Shown here piece by piece: positions 41,713 to 50,994 of a stretch of DNA of 64,000 bases. The position numbers were made by a program, and so were the translations under genes. Origin of the DNA: a virus; the IMG/VR virus record IMGVR_UViG_3300033056_000001, positions 1-64,000 of that record; one strand, written 5' to 3'. The stretch's first letter is position 1. The number at the start of each line of letters is the position of its first letter. The notes under the pieces were generated by a model, which was not told the origin of the DNA, ran no database searches, and saw only the letters and a program-made list of their open reading frames with translations.

Positions 41713-42247
41713 CCTCCCAATTTTTAGATAGAATAAAAGTATGGTTTAATTTTTTATAATAAAAACCTGATGGATTTTTCCTAATGCTTTTAATTAAATA
41801 GTCGTAGTTTACATTTAAGTCTTCAGCGCACTCTAATACAGAAGAAAAGAAGCGAACATTGCCCGCAGAATCTTTCAATAATACTGGACACTTACTACGA
41901 GGTATTTTGGGTACTTTTTTATTAGTCGTAGCAATCAGACCTGTATCAACAGCATGTTTTATATTATTAGAAGGACTGACCCACTCTAAGTTATTCGGAT
42001 GATTGTTAGTTTTATCGCCGTCGATGTGATTAACTTGTGTTTTTACTTTGGGATTATCGTTATCAAGCCAGGTAAGCGCCACTACCCGATGGGCGCTATA
42101 CCATTTCTTGTTAAGACAATACTTAAAGTAACCGTTAGTTCCTGGAAGTTCTTTCAAAACCCTCTTAGTAATTGAATTTCTAATCTTACCTTCGAAATTA
42201 ACCTCGTAATCTAAATCCAACGGAAAAGGTAACCATTCGAACAGCAT
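41705..42247 (-). CDS. HNH homing endonuclease (NUMOD4 + HNH_3-like) between nrdE and nrdF
   Basis: WLPFP..DYEVNFEGKIRN and NHIDGDKTNNHPNNLEWVSPSNNIKHA. Clearly more AT-rich than the flanking RNR genes. Confidence 0.85.
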   Translation of the reverse strand: MLFEWLPFPLDLDYEVNFEGKIRNSITKRVLKELPGTNGYFKYCLNKKWYSAHRVVALTWLDNDNPKVKTQVNHIDGDKTNNHPNNLEWVSPSNNIKHAVDTGLIATTNKKVPKIPRSKCPVLLKDSAGNVRFFSSVLECAEDLNVNYDYLIKSIRKNPSGFYYKKLNHTFILSKNWEVA

Positions 42248-42265
42248 CGTATCAACCTCCGTATA

Positions 42266-44566
42266 TTATGAGTAACAGTTTTCGCAAGCTTCTTCGCTTG
42301 TTTCTGACGTAGAGCGAACGTAATAAGTCGTTTTCAATTTGCTTTTCCATGCCGTCATATGAATATCGAGTAACTCAGCCGCCTTCACATCGCTGTAAAC
42401 GTAAATATTAAACGACTGCGATTGGTCGATATGACGCTGACGTGCCGCATTCTGAGCGATACTAGCCTTCGCATGTCTTACGTCGCGGAAATACGAGTAG
42501 AAGTTGCGTGTTCCTGGCGATAAGTCAGGCGCAGTAACCGGAATCTTCGCGTTCTTTTTCTCAACTGAATACTCTAATCGGAATACTGGATCGCTTGCTG
42601 CCGTAGAACCTCCGATATCTGCAGTAGATCCGTTAGGTGCTGGCGACATTAAGTAACCGTTGCGGATTCCGTTGTTTTGGATATCGTACGCTAATTGATT
42701 CCATCGTCCAGAACCCTCGCCAATTTCCGGAATATCATCTACGTGATTTACGTAAAAACGTCTGACGAAATACTCTCCGGTTTGGAATTCGCTACCTTCG
42801 AATACTTTGTAGGCGCCTTTCTCTTTCGCTAAATCAGCGCTCGCCTTAATCGTCAAGTACGCAATATCCTCGTATAACTCATCCGCTAACTTAACTGCGT
42901 CGTCCGACAACCATGGAATCTTCTTCAACGCTAAAAGGTGATGCCATCCGAATGCTCCGAGTCCTACTGCGCGGTACTTTTCGTTAGTCATGCGCGCCTG
43001 TGGTACTTCGATAGTATTCAAGTCTATTACGTTATCAAGCATACGAACTTGAATCGGAATTAACTGCTCCAAAACTCCGTCCGTTACTGCACGCGCTAGA
43101 TTAATTGACGATAGGTTACATACAACGAAGTCGCCTGCTTTCTTGCGAATGATGATTTCGTCGCCTTCCGTTGTCTCTTCGACTACATACGTTGGGCTTT
43201 GGTTCTGCGTGATTTCCGTACAAAGATTCGAGCAATAAATCATACCAGCGTGTTTATTCTGATTCGCACGGTTAACTGTGTCGCGATAGAACATATACGG
43301 CGTGCCCGTTTCAAGTTGCGAAATCATAATACGTTTGAAAATCTCAATCGCTGGAACCTTCGTTTTAGATAGTTCGTTAGATTGTACGCATTCTTCGTAT
43401 TTCGTACGGAAGCTGCCTGCGCCTTCTTCTTCGTCGTAAAAGTCCTGCAGTCGGAACCCCATTACTTGCTCGACTTCGTGCGGATCGAATAAGAACCAAT
43501 CGCCACGCTTTTCGACTTGCTCCATGAATAAATCCGGCAAGCAGACGCCTGTGAAAATATCGTGAGCACGTTGGCGTTCGTCTCCGTTGTTCAAACGCAA
43601 GTCTAAAAACGCTTGAATATCCTTATGCCATACGTCCTGGTAAACAGCGATTGCGCCCGGTCTTTGACCCAACTGATCTACTGATACCGCCGTATTATTT
43701 AACTGCTTAATCCACGGAACTGTTCCGCTGCTGACGCCTTTGAATCCCTTAATGTCGCTACCACGGCTTCGAATGTTCCCCGCGTATACTCCGATTCCGC
43801 CTCCGTCTTTAGATAAGCGAGCAACATCAGTATTACTGTCGTAGATGCCACGTAAACTATCGTCGATTGTGTCGATAAAGCAACTCGAAAGCTGGCCGTA
43901 TGTTTTGCCCGCGTTAGCTAGCGTTGGAGTTGCTACCGTCATATACAAACTAGACAGCGCCCAGTACGCTTCTTTTACGAGTGCGATTCGGTTGTTCTTT
44001 TCCTGCGACATTAACGTCATCGCGATAACTAAGAAGCGCTCTTGCGGAAGCTCATATACGTTCTTTGCGTGGTCCGTCGCTAGGTACCGGTCAGATAGCG
44101 TAAACAAGCCGAAATAAGTAAATAGTTTGTCGCGCTCCGGATCAATAACCGTGCCTAATTCGTTGATTTCCTCTTTCGAATAGGTTTCGAGTAGCTTCGG
44201 ATTATATATACCCTTGTCGGTCAACGTAACCAACAACGAATAGAAGTCTCCGTACTTATTGACCGCATCGTACACGCGATTCTTTGACGCTTTCTTGTAA
44301 AGCTGGCGATTCAATACGTATGCTGCAACGTAAGTCCAGTCCGGCGTACGAGCGCTAACGTTCTCCAACGCGGCTAAGATTAGTAGATTCGAAATCTGAT
44401 CGGCGCTATATTCTTCCTTTGCGTCAATACTGCGAATGACTTTTTCGCTGTAGCTTTCTACGTCTAGTTTTGGATATCGGTGTGCAGCCGACTGGATAAA
44501 CGCTAGCAGTCGGTGCTCATCGAAAGGTAATTTGCGTTGGCCGTTATTTTTAGTAATTGTCGTCAT
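42266..44566 (-). CDS. nrdE: Ribonucleotide reductase alpha (R1) subunit
   Basis: 766 aa. Active-site NLCTEI, the SSCFI cysteine, and a C-terminal CxxC tail (EEACENCYS). Confidence 0.9.
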   Translation of the reverse strand: MTTITKNNGQRKLPFDEHRLLAFIQSAAHRYPKLDVESYSEKVIRSIDAKEEYSADQISNLLILAALENVSARTPDWTYVAAYVLNRQLYKKASKNRVYDAVNKYGDFYSLLVTLTDKGIYNPKLLETYSKEEINELGTVIDPERDKLFTYFGLFTLSDRYLATDHAKNVYELPQERFLVIAMTLMSQEKNNRIALVKEAYWALSSLYMTVATPTLANAGKTYGQLSSCFIDTIDDSLRGIYDSNTDVARLSKDGGGIGVYAGNIRSRGSDIKGFKGVSSGTVPWIKQLNNTAVSVDQLGQRPGAIAVYQDVWHKDIQAFLDLRLNNGDERQRAHDIFTGVCLPDLFMEQVEKRGDWFLFDPHEVEQVMGFRLQDFYDEEEGAGSFRTKYEECVQSNELSKTKVPAIEIFKRIMISQLETGTPYMFYRDTVNRANQNKHAGMIYCSNLCTEITQNQSPTYVVEETTEGDEIIIRKKAGDFVVCNLSSINLARAVTDGVLEQLIPIQVRMLDNVIDLNTIEVPQARMTNEKYRAVGLGAFGWHHLLALKKIPWLSDDAVKLADELYEDIAYLTIKASADLAKEKGAYKVFEGSEFQTGEYFVRRFYVNHVDDIPEIGEGSGRWNQLAYDIQNNGIRNGYLMSPAPNGSTADIGGSTAASDPVFRLEYSVEKKNAKIPVTAPDLSPGTRNFYSYFRDVRHAKASIAQNAARQRHIDQSQSFNIYVYSDVKAAELLDIHMTAWKSKLKTTYYVRSTSETSEEACENCYS

Positions 44567-44757
44567 TCAACATCGCTCCCTTTTTCTTCTTTTTCAATTA
44601 ATTCAATCGTATCTTGTAAACCGCGCAATATCTCTTCGCGTTCTCGCTTCTTTTCGACTACTTTCCGTTCAGCTCTTACGATGTCGTATTCGTTATCCTG
44701 CAGCGATTTCTCTTGGCGATGTTTCATGTTATATAATTCGCCTAGCGTATGTTTCAT
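44563..44757 (-). CDS. Hypothetical coiled-coil protein
   Basis: 64 aa, overlapping start and stop with its neighbours. Confidence 0.45.
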   Translation of the reverse strand: MKHTLGELYNMKHRQEKSLQDNEYDIVRAERKVVEKKREREEILRGLQDTIELIEKEEKGSDVE

Positions 44758-45299
44758 TTCGAAATCAACTCCTCGTTAATTAAGTACGCTAATCCCAAAG
44801 CCGCTGCGTCCGATTCGTCATCGCAAGCAAACTCGCCTTTGTAACCAGTAATGGTTCGAACCGAAGCTTCAATTTCTTCTTTCGTTGCAACTCCCGAACC
44901 AACTACGATATTCTTCATATTCGACTGTGGAATGCCGAGGTGTATTTTCCGCTTGCCTTTACGGTCGACTGTAACGAATTGCGAAAACTCTAGTCCGAGA
45001 AACTCAACGGCCCTCGCACACGCTGCCCAAGCGCTAAGAACCGGATAATTCTGTTTCGATGATTGACCGTGAAAGTCTTCGCGAGTTACGATATCGATGC
45101 CTTTTCCGATGTGATTCGATATAAAAGAAACGGCCCACGCATAGACTAATTCGTGCCGTATTGCGTGGCTTAGTTTTGTATTTGGTTTAACGTGACTCAC
45201 TGCGATGATTTTCGGTTTGTTGTCCCGAACCTCAATCAAACATAGGCCGGGAGAGCTGAGACTTGTATCAAATGAGAGTATCCTAGTAATCGTGGGCAT
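44754..45299 (-). CDS. RuvC-like Holliday junction resolvase
   Basis: Catalytic acidic residues in RuvC order: ILSFDTS (Asp), TREDFHG (Glu), DDESDAAALGLAYL (Asp/Asp). Confidence 0.65.
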   Translation of the reverse strand: MPTITRILSFDTSLSSPGLCLIEVRDNKPKIIAVSHVKPNTKLSHAIRHELVYAWAVSFISNHIGKGIDIVTREDFHGQSSKQNYPVLSAWAACARAVEFLGLEFSQFVTVDRKGKRKIHLGIPQSNMKNIVVGSGVATKEEIEASVRTITGYKGEFACDDESDAAALGLAYLINEELISK

Positions 45300-46203
45300 C
45301 TTTTACCCTCCTTAAAAATTCTCCGAACTGCGACTTAGTATTATTCTTATATCCATAAGTCATATGGAAACTTTTATGGCACCTTCTGCATAACGTAGCG
45401 CCATTGGAAACATCGAATCTTAATTCTTCTTTTGCGTCATAAGATTCTATATGATGAGCAACCATGATTTCCTCAGATATACCACACTTTACACAAGTAT
45501 TATCATCACGCTTTTTAACATGCCTCGCCCATTTACGAATAGGTCCGTCAGCACCTCTACCTAGCCTTCTTTGTCTTTCTGTTCTCTCACTGTTCCAATT
45601 ATGATGATTTTCTCCTTTTCGCTTTTCTGATGAACACTCTTTACATCTGTTCCCGTTAAGAAAACTTTTGAAGGTAATTTTTGATTTATTGCCGCAACTA
45701 CAAATGTAATTTAATTTAGCGTGATTGTTCGTGTACGTCTTATCCAAAAGAATGCATCCTGCGGAGGAGAAGTATGAAGATACAAAACTATAATCGTATG
45801 CTAATTTTTCAGCTACTTTAGATACGCCACACGCCTTACATCTTTTACCTGTTTTGAAATCAGATAATGTTATCTTTGAAGAATTACCGCAAGAGCACCG
45901 GTATCTCATAGCTGTGTGGTTGTTTTCGTAATTATCTTCAAGTAATTCACACCCTCCGTTTACAAACACTTCTTTCGCCTGATCTATTGTTAATTTCTTC
46001 AGCGCAGCGACCTTTTTGGCGCCACAATGTCTACATCTTATTCCTCGTTTGAATCTGTGCGTTTGTGTATAAGCTTCGTTCCCACAAACACATTTATATC
46101 GTAACTTTTGATTACAGCCCAAGTATTCATCTTCCAATAACTCGCAACCTTCCTCGGAAAACATGGTTTTTAGTTCATCTAGGGTATATTTACCCGCCAT
46201 CAA
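45283..46203 (-). CDS. HNH endonuclease with three tandem zinc-ribbon repeats
   Basis: Three ~48-aa repeats (GCELLEDxY....LxYxCxCGN...T...F..G.RC..CG) followed by HNH (CVKCG...HHI...N...LCRRCHKSFH). AT-rich. Confidence 0.75.
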   Translation of the reverse strand: MMAGKYTLDELKTMFSEEGCELLEDEYLGCNQKLRYKCVCGNEAYTQTHRFKRGIRCRHCGAKKVAALKKLTIDQAKEVFVNGGCELLEDNYENNHTAMRYRCSCGNSSKITLSDFKTGKRCKACGVSKVAEKLAYDYSFVSSYFSSAGCILLDKTYTNNHAKLNYICSCGNKSKITFKSFLNGNRCKECSSEKRKGENHHNWNSERTERQRRLGRGADGPIRKWARHVKKRDDNTCVKCGISEEIMVAHHIESYDAKEELRFDVSNGATLCRRCHKSFHMTYGYKNNTKSQFGEFLRRVKDAHDY

Positions 46204-47201
46204 ACCGCCTCCTCTTCGCGTGTATCAACGATAAACTCATACGCCTCTAAATACTTTTTCTTCTTCCATTCCGGTAAACTCGACTTCATTGCCAGCGAAG
46301 CCTGCTTTCTAATTTCCGTAACCTCTTCGTCGCTAAGATCCAGCGCACACGCCGTTTTGAAGTTGTTGAATCCGAATCGCTCGATGTCCAGTTTCGGTGC
46401 CTCGCCTGTTGCCACCGCTTCTGTAATCGCTGCAAAGTTGTCGAGTACTTCACGTTTCATCTCTTCGGTAATCTCTACGCCAAACACTCGCACGTCAGGC
46501 GTTTTCTCGTATTCTTCCTTCGTCATATTCCACGCCTTCTTACTAGCGTTCACATATACGACTAAGTAATAATCGACGTCATACATGAGCGAATAACACG
46601 TAATCTGCTTAACGTGGTCCTCTTTCGGTTCACGCATCGAATGAAGCGACGTTTGTGCTGCGGTAGTTTGTTTCGATTTAATTTCGAGCCCTACGCGAAT
46701 GATCTCGCCATCTTCATTTACGTAGTCAAGTACGCCATCGCACGTACCTAACAAGCTAAATCGCTGACCGTTATGTTCAATGAATCGCTGCGTCTTAACG
46801 AAGTCTTCGAAGAATGGCTCGCCTGCTTCCGTTCGTGACATTCCGAATCGAGGTCGTTCGCCAGTAAACTTTTCGTAATGACGTTCCGCTAATAAGACCT
46901 CGCGCTGTAGCCAGTCGCCCAAACTTGTGCCCTGCGCAGTCCAGCGACGTCGCCACGGTTTCACATCTTCGTCGTCCTTACGTGCTTTCTTCGCTTTTAC
47001 GTATAGTTCACGCGGACAACTGTTGGCGCTACTTGGCGAGAAATATACGCTTTTGAAGTCTAGTCGTTGGTATTTGCGTTTTACCTTTGCGTATATTTCG
47101 TGAAGCCAGGCGTCTAGCTTATCGTCATATGGCTCCCGGTAAGAATGGAACGTATCTAAGAATTCGGTAAAGTCCTGCGCAATTTGATTAACGTTTGTCA
47201 T
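46200..47201 (-). CDS. PD-(D/E)XK nuclease (RecB/Cas4-like exonuclease fold)
   Basis: The motifs GTCDGVLDY ... VGLEIKSKQ fit D...ExK. 333 aa. Confidence 0.55.
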   Translation of the reverse strand: MTNVNQIAQDFTEFLDTFHSYREPYDDKLDAWLHEIYAKVKRKYQRLDFKSVYFSPSSANSCPRELYVKAKKARKDDEDVKPWRRRWTAQGTSLGDWLQREVLLAERHYEKFTGERPRFGMSRTEAGEPFFEDFVKTQRFIEHNGQRFSLLGTCDGVLDYVNEDGEIIRVGLEIKSKQTTAAQTSLHSMREPKEDHVKQITCYSLMYDVDYYLVVYVNASKKAWNMTKEEYEKTPDVRVFGVEITEEMKREVLDNFAAITEAVATGEAPKLDIERFGFNNFKTACALDLSDEEVTEIRKQASLAMKSSLPEWKKKKYLEAYEFIVDTREEEAV

Positions 47202-47407
47202 TCAGTTTCCTCCGTCTCTTTATCTAACGATTCTTTATTCGTTGCCACTAAAATAACTTCCGCCGGCTTATGCAACGCCTCGCTATACGCAACAACTATC
47301 GCAGCAATCACTAACGACTGCACTAGCGTAAAATCTACGAAGTCCGTCATCGGAACCAATACGTAGTTGACTGCGGCGATGATTGCGAATTTTAGTATCG
47401 GGTTCAT
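47198..47407 (-). CDS. Small membrane protein
   Basis: 69 aa with two hydrophobic helices. Confidence 0.45.
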   Translation of the reverse strand: MNPILKFAIIAAVNYVLVPMTDFVDFTLVQSLVIAAIVVAYSEALHKPAEVILVATNKESLDKETEETE

Positions 47408-47688
47408 TTCGCTGTTCTCGCGTATTCTAAAGCATCCTCGAACTCATTTATCGCAGTCGGTCCGCTTGTACGCGCCATTTCGTGACCATTTCGTAAGAAT
47501 ACGATTAGAGGCGCTTGCTGCATTCTGTATTTATCGATAAGTGTTTCGCGAACTTCAGGCAGTACCGCGTCGATGTTCGTGTATTCGATATTTACGTTAG
47601 TTAACACCGTTTCCTGTTCCGATAAAAATAGTTTAGTAGGACCGCAGTAACGGCAGTTGTTTTTAGTTAGCACTTTAATTTCGATCAT
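47404..47688 (-). CDS. nrdH: NrdH/glutaredoxin-like redoxin
   Basis: 94 aa with a CRYC (CxxC) site near the N-terminus after a beta strand (IEIKVLTKNNCRYCGP). Thioredoxin-fold size. Confidence 0.65.
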   Translation of the reverse strand: MIEIKVLTKNNCRYCGPTKLFLSEQETVLTNVNIEYTNIDAVLPEVRETLIDKYRMQQAPLIVFLRNGHEMARTSGPTAINEFEDALEYARTAK

Positions 47689-49869
47689 TTAAATAGCCCC
47701 CTTTATTTTTTCAAACCATTCGTCTTCCTCTACTTTGTCAAACCAACGTATTGGATTTATTTCTACGTCGCATCGAACTGGAACGACCATTGTTACCGCC
47801 TGCTCCATCGTTTCTTTGATACGGTATAATTCGTCTCTCTGAATATCTGCGGGACATTCGATGACCAGTTCGTCGTGTACCTGCAGTAGTATCGAAGCGT
47901 CAGTCTCTTTTAACACCGGCTGCAAATCGACGATAGCCTTTTTCAGAATCGACCCAGCGCTTGCTTGCACCGGAAAGTTACCCGCCATACGATCCGCTCT
48001 AAAATGTTGGAAACGGTCCTTCGATCGGTAATCGGAATTCAATCTACGCTTACGGCCGAATAAGTCAGTAACGTAGCCTTGTTTGCGAGCTAGTCGTTTC
48101 TGTTCGTCCATATAACGCTTGATGCCCGGATAACCTTTGAAGTAGTTGTCGATGATTTCCTGCGCCTCTTCCTTCGTAATTTCAAGTGTATTAGAAAGGC
48201 CGGCCGCGCTCATTCCGTATACAATCCCGAAGTTAACTACCTTCGCCTGCTTACGAAACTTCTGCTGCGGTGAGCCCTGCGTTTCTTTGTCTTTCTCGAT
48301 GTCCTCATACGTAAACTTGCCTGCGCTAATCATCGAAGCTGTCATCGAGTGAATGTCGAGCCCTTCTTTAAACGCCTTGATTAGTTCCTTTTCGTTAGCT
48401 AGATGCGCAAGTACACGTAATTCAATTTGGCTGTAATCAATCGAAACTAAGATGCGTTCTTCACTCGTCGATAGGAACAGCTGCCGTATTTCCGGTCGTT
48501 TAGCCGGTATCTGCTGCGTATTAGGATTCGAACAAGTGAATCGCCCAGTCGCCGCCCCAAGCGTATTGTGCCAGGGATGGATTCGACCGTCGCTCTTAAC
48601 CTCTTTCGGTAGCTTCTGCGTAAATGCTTGGCGGAGCTTACCTACTTCGCGATACTCGAGCATTTTCGGAATCACTGGATGCGCGTTCTTGATTTTCTTC
48701 AACGCCTTAACTCCGGTAGATCCTTTTTCTAAATCCGGAAGCTTTAAATCAACGAATAACTTTCGCTTCAGTTGAACCGGGCTGTTTAGGTTAATTTCCT
48801 CGCCGAACATTTCTGTTATCTCAGCGATCAATTCCGATTCTTCTTTCGCCAGTTTTTCATCGATAGTACTAGCAGCGTCCTTATCGAATCTGATTCCGCG
48901 AATATCTGACCAGATAAATTGGCGACAAACCGGCATTTCAATTTCGAATACTAGTCGCTGGATTTGCTTTAAGTCGTCGCTTTTGCTGTAGAATTGCGAT
49001 ATCCAATCGTAAAGCATTAACGTTTTCTCTGTATCACCTGCAGCGTAAGGTAACGCCACATCTAACGGAATCTTATTAAACTGCGTATTCGGGAATAACT
49101 GGTCGAAGTTGTCGCTCGGTATCTTTAGCCAGTCGGTGATTAAGTCTTTCAATCGGTGCGACCGGTTTTCATCGAACGCCATCGCCATGATCCTCGTGTC
49201 AGCGTGCAAGTTATCGATTAAGTTAACGCCGTACTTTACGTAGAACCATTTGCAGTCGAAAGGGGCATTGTGCATCACCGTTTTAACTCGTTCCAGGTGC
49301 GGTTTCAATAGTCCGATAATGTCAACACCGATTAATCCTTCTGGTGTTTCTTCGTGATTTAACGGGACGTAGTAATGACGTTGCCGCGTCGATACTGAAA
49401 ATCCCGCCATGTTACCGCGCCAAGGATCTAGCGCACCGTTATCTTCGCCGAATGTCTCGCAGTCAAGACCGACTAAATCAGCCGTTTGCAAATCTGCGAT
49501 TAAGGCGTCGATGTCAGTACGCGTTGATACTAGCACGTAATTACTCGGAGTCTTCGCCACTAACTCCACTAACTTCTCTTCACGTTGGCTCTCCGCTAAA
49601 TCCTTCCACAGCCGAAGCGCCTCCGCCTTCGAGAATCGCTTGCTCACATCCGCCGGATTCCTGCCGACCTTACCCGAAGCCATCGCCTGTTTGACTTCGA
49701 GTAGTTTCGCTTGGTCGGAATCGGAAGTTTTCATCGATAGGATACGCTGCCACGCCTCCTCGATAGTTTCATTCGCCGCAGCCTTGCGCTCGCTTGCCTG
49801 CTTAACGCGCTGCTTGGCGGTAGTGTCTTTTTCGCTGTCGTTGCCGCTTAGTTTTAATCGTAGCTGCAA
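47689..49869 (-). CDS. Family A DNA polymerase (Pol I-like) with 3'-5' exonuclease domain
   Basis: Exo motif LDCETFG. Pol motif A (DYSQIELRVLAH), motif B (RKQAKVVNFGIVYG), motif C (QVHDELV). TTG start with a GGAGGTG RBS. Confidence 0.9.
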   Translation of the reverse strand: MQLRLKLSGNDSEKDTTAKQRVKQASERKAAANETIEEAWQRILSMKTSDSDQAKLLEVKQAMASGKVGRNPADVSKRFSKAEALRLWKDLAESQREEKLVELVAKTPSNYVLVSTRTDIDALIADLQTADLVGLDCETFGEDNGALDPWRGNMAGFSVSTRQRHYYVPLNHEETPEGLIGVDIIGLLKPHLERVKTVMHNAPFDCKWFYVKYGVNLIDNLHADTRIMAMAFDENRSHRLKDLITDWLKIPSDNFDQLFPNTQFNKIPLDVALPYAAGDTEKTLMLYDWISQFYSKSDDLKQIQRLVFEIEMPVCRQFIWSDIRGIRFDKDAASTIDEKLAKEESELIAEITEMFGEEINLNSPVQLKRKLFVDLKLPDLEKGSTGVKALKKIKNAHPVIPKMLEYREVGKLRQAFTQKLPKEVKSDGRIHPWHNTLGAATGRFTCSNPNTQQIPAKRPEIRQLFLSTSEERILVSIDYSQIELRVLAHLANEKELIKAFKEGLDIHSMTASMISAGKFTYEDIEKDKETQGSPQQKFRKQAKVVNFGIVYGMSAAGLSNTLEITKEEAQEIIDNYFKGYPGIKRYMDEQKRLARKQGYVTDLFGRKRRLNSDYRSKDRFQHFRADRMAGNFPVQASAGSILKKAIVDLQPVLKETDASILLQVHDELVIECPADIQRDELYRIKETMEQAVTMVVPVRCDVEINPIRWFDKVEEDEWFEKIKGAI

Positions 49870-49884
49870 GTCGAATCACCTCCG

Positions 49885-50094
49885 TTACAAATCAACTCGC
49901 CCACAGTTCTCCTTTTTATATTCGTAAGCAAGCGTATCTACGTTATCTCTCGCCCACTCTACGAAACAACTCTGGTTACAGTAGTGGACTTCGCGTTTGT
50001 CATCGTAGAATGCCGATTGGCCTTCGTATAGTTCTGCGTTGCATTCGTTGCAGAGCGCAGCCAGCTTTCCTGCGGCTAGGACCGGCTTGCTCAT
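49885..50094 (-). CDS. Small cysteine-rich (zinc-binding) protein
   Basis: 69 aa. CNECN ... HYCNQSC. Confidence 0.45.
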   Translation of the reverse strand: MSKPVLAAGKLAALCNECNAELYEGQSAFYDDKREVHYCNQSCFVEWARDNVDTLAYEYKKENCGRVDL

Positions 50095-50585
50095 CGGTCG
50101 AACCGCGCTTCTACTGGCGTGATTAGTTCGATCTGTCCGATATGCGATTTCTTAATACCGTTAGCGAATACGCCCACTTCTGTTCCGGAGAATTCAGGTG
50201 CAGGAACTAGTTCTCCGATTGTACCTACTCTATGTCCGAAAGTCGTGTCAGTCACGCGAACAATATCACCGGATTTGAATTCGTTAAACTTGCGGCCAAT
50301 CTTCGACCATTTATCTTCTACTTTACGGAAGGCTTGAACGTCTGATTGATATCCATTCGCTATTTGTTTAACATAGACGAAACCACGCCCCATATCGTAC
50401 TCGATCTTTTCAACACTATAAAATTCTCCGTTATTAATTGTTAAGCACCATTCTTTAACGATTAAAACGATATCACCTTTCGTAGCGTCGCCTTCAACTT
50501 TCGCATAAACAGCGCCGTCATACTCAACCTTCGTAATCTCACCGTTAACCATATCCAACGTTTTAACTCCGTTTAACTTTGCCAT
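50091..50585 (-). CDS. Hypothetical protein (two KOW/SH3-like segments)
   Basis: 164 aa, coupled within the operon. Confidence 0.5.
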   Translation of the reverse strand: MAKLNGVKTLDMVNGEITKVEYDGAVYAKVEGDATKGDIVLIVKEWCLTINNGEFYSVEKIEYDMGRGFVYVKQIANGYQSDVQAFRKVEDKWSKIGRKFNEFKSGDIVRVTDTTFGHRVGTIGELVPAPEFSGTEVGVFANGIKKSHIGQIELITPVEARFDR

Positions 50586-50980
50586 TACGCAATCTCCCCT
50601 TTTCGATTAAAATTTATCGGTAAATGCGTCCACTTTTCCGCCAGCTTATCTTCCGTCGTCCAGTACTCGCCGATCTCTCTATTCGGAAACATATAAACCT
50701 CGTTATCGAGTATGCCGATTAAGTAGCTGCAATCACTCAACGTATAAGTCGTACCGTTATTCTTTTTGGCGTAGACAACGACCTGACCTTCGCGATCGAG
50801 CCGTCGTCGTGCCGTTTTGACTTGAATTTTGATTAGCGTTGAATCGTCGCCAGGAGCCGTCACCCACAGATCCGCAGGTTCGGGCGTTACTGGCTTGGCG
50901 ATTGTGTAGCCGTTAGCAATCAACGCTGTTTGTGCGAGGAGCTCGGAGTGAGCGCCTTTATCAACCGTTTCGTGCGCCAT
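50585..50980 (-). CDS. PD-(D/E)XK endonuclease (archaeal-Hjc / group-I-intron-endonuclease-like family)
   Basis: GAHSELLAQTALIANGYTIAKPV..PADLWV.....LIKIQVKT fits the E...D...(Q/E)VK motif of that family. Confidence 0.5.
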   Translation of the reverse strand: MAHETVDKGAHSELLAQTALIANGYTIAKPVTPEPADLWVTAPGDDSTLIKIQVKTARRRLDREGQVVVYAKKNNGTTYTLSDCSYLIGILDNEVYMFPNREIGEYWTTEDKLAEKWTHLPINFNRKGEIA

Positions 50981-50994
50981 TCACTTCGCCTCCC

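Noticed and set aside
42266-49869. Inteins or introns in nrdE, nrdF, the DNA polymerase, the helicase or terL
   Set aside because: All have lengths typical of uninterrupted homologues and continuous conserved motifs. The endonuclease genes are free-standing between genes.
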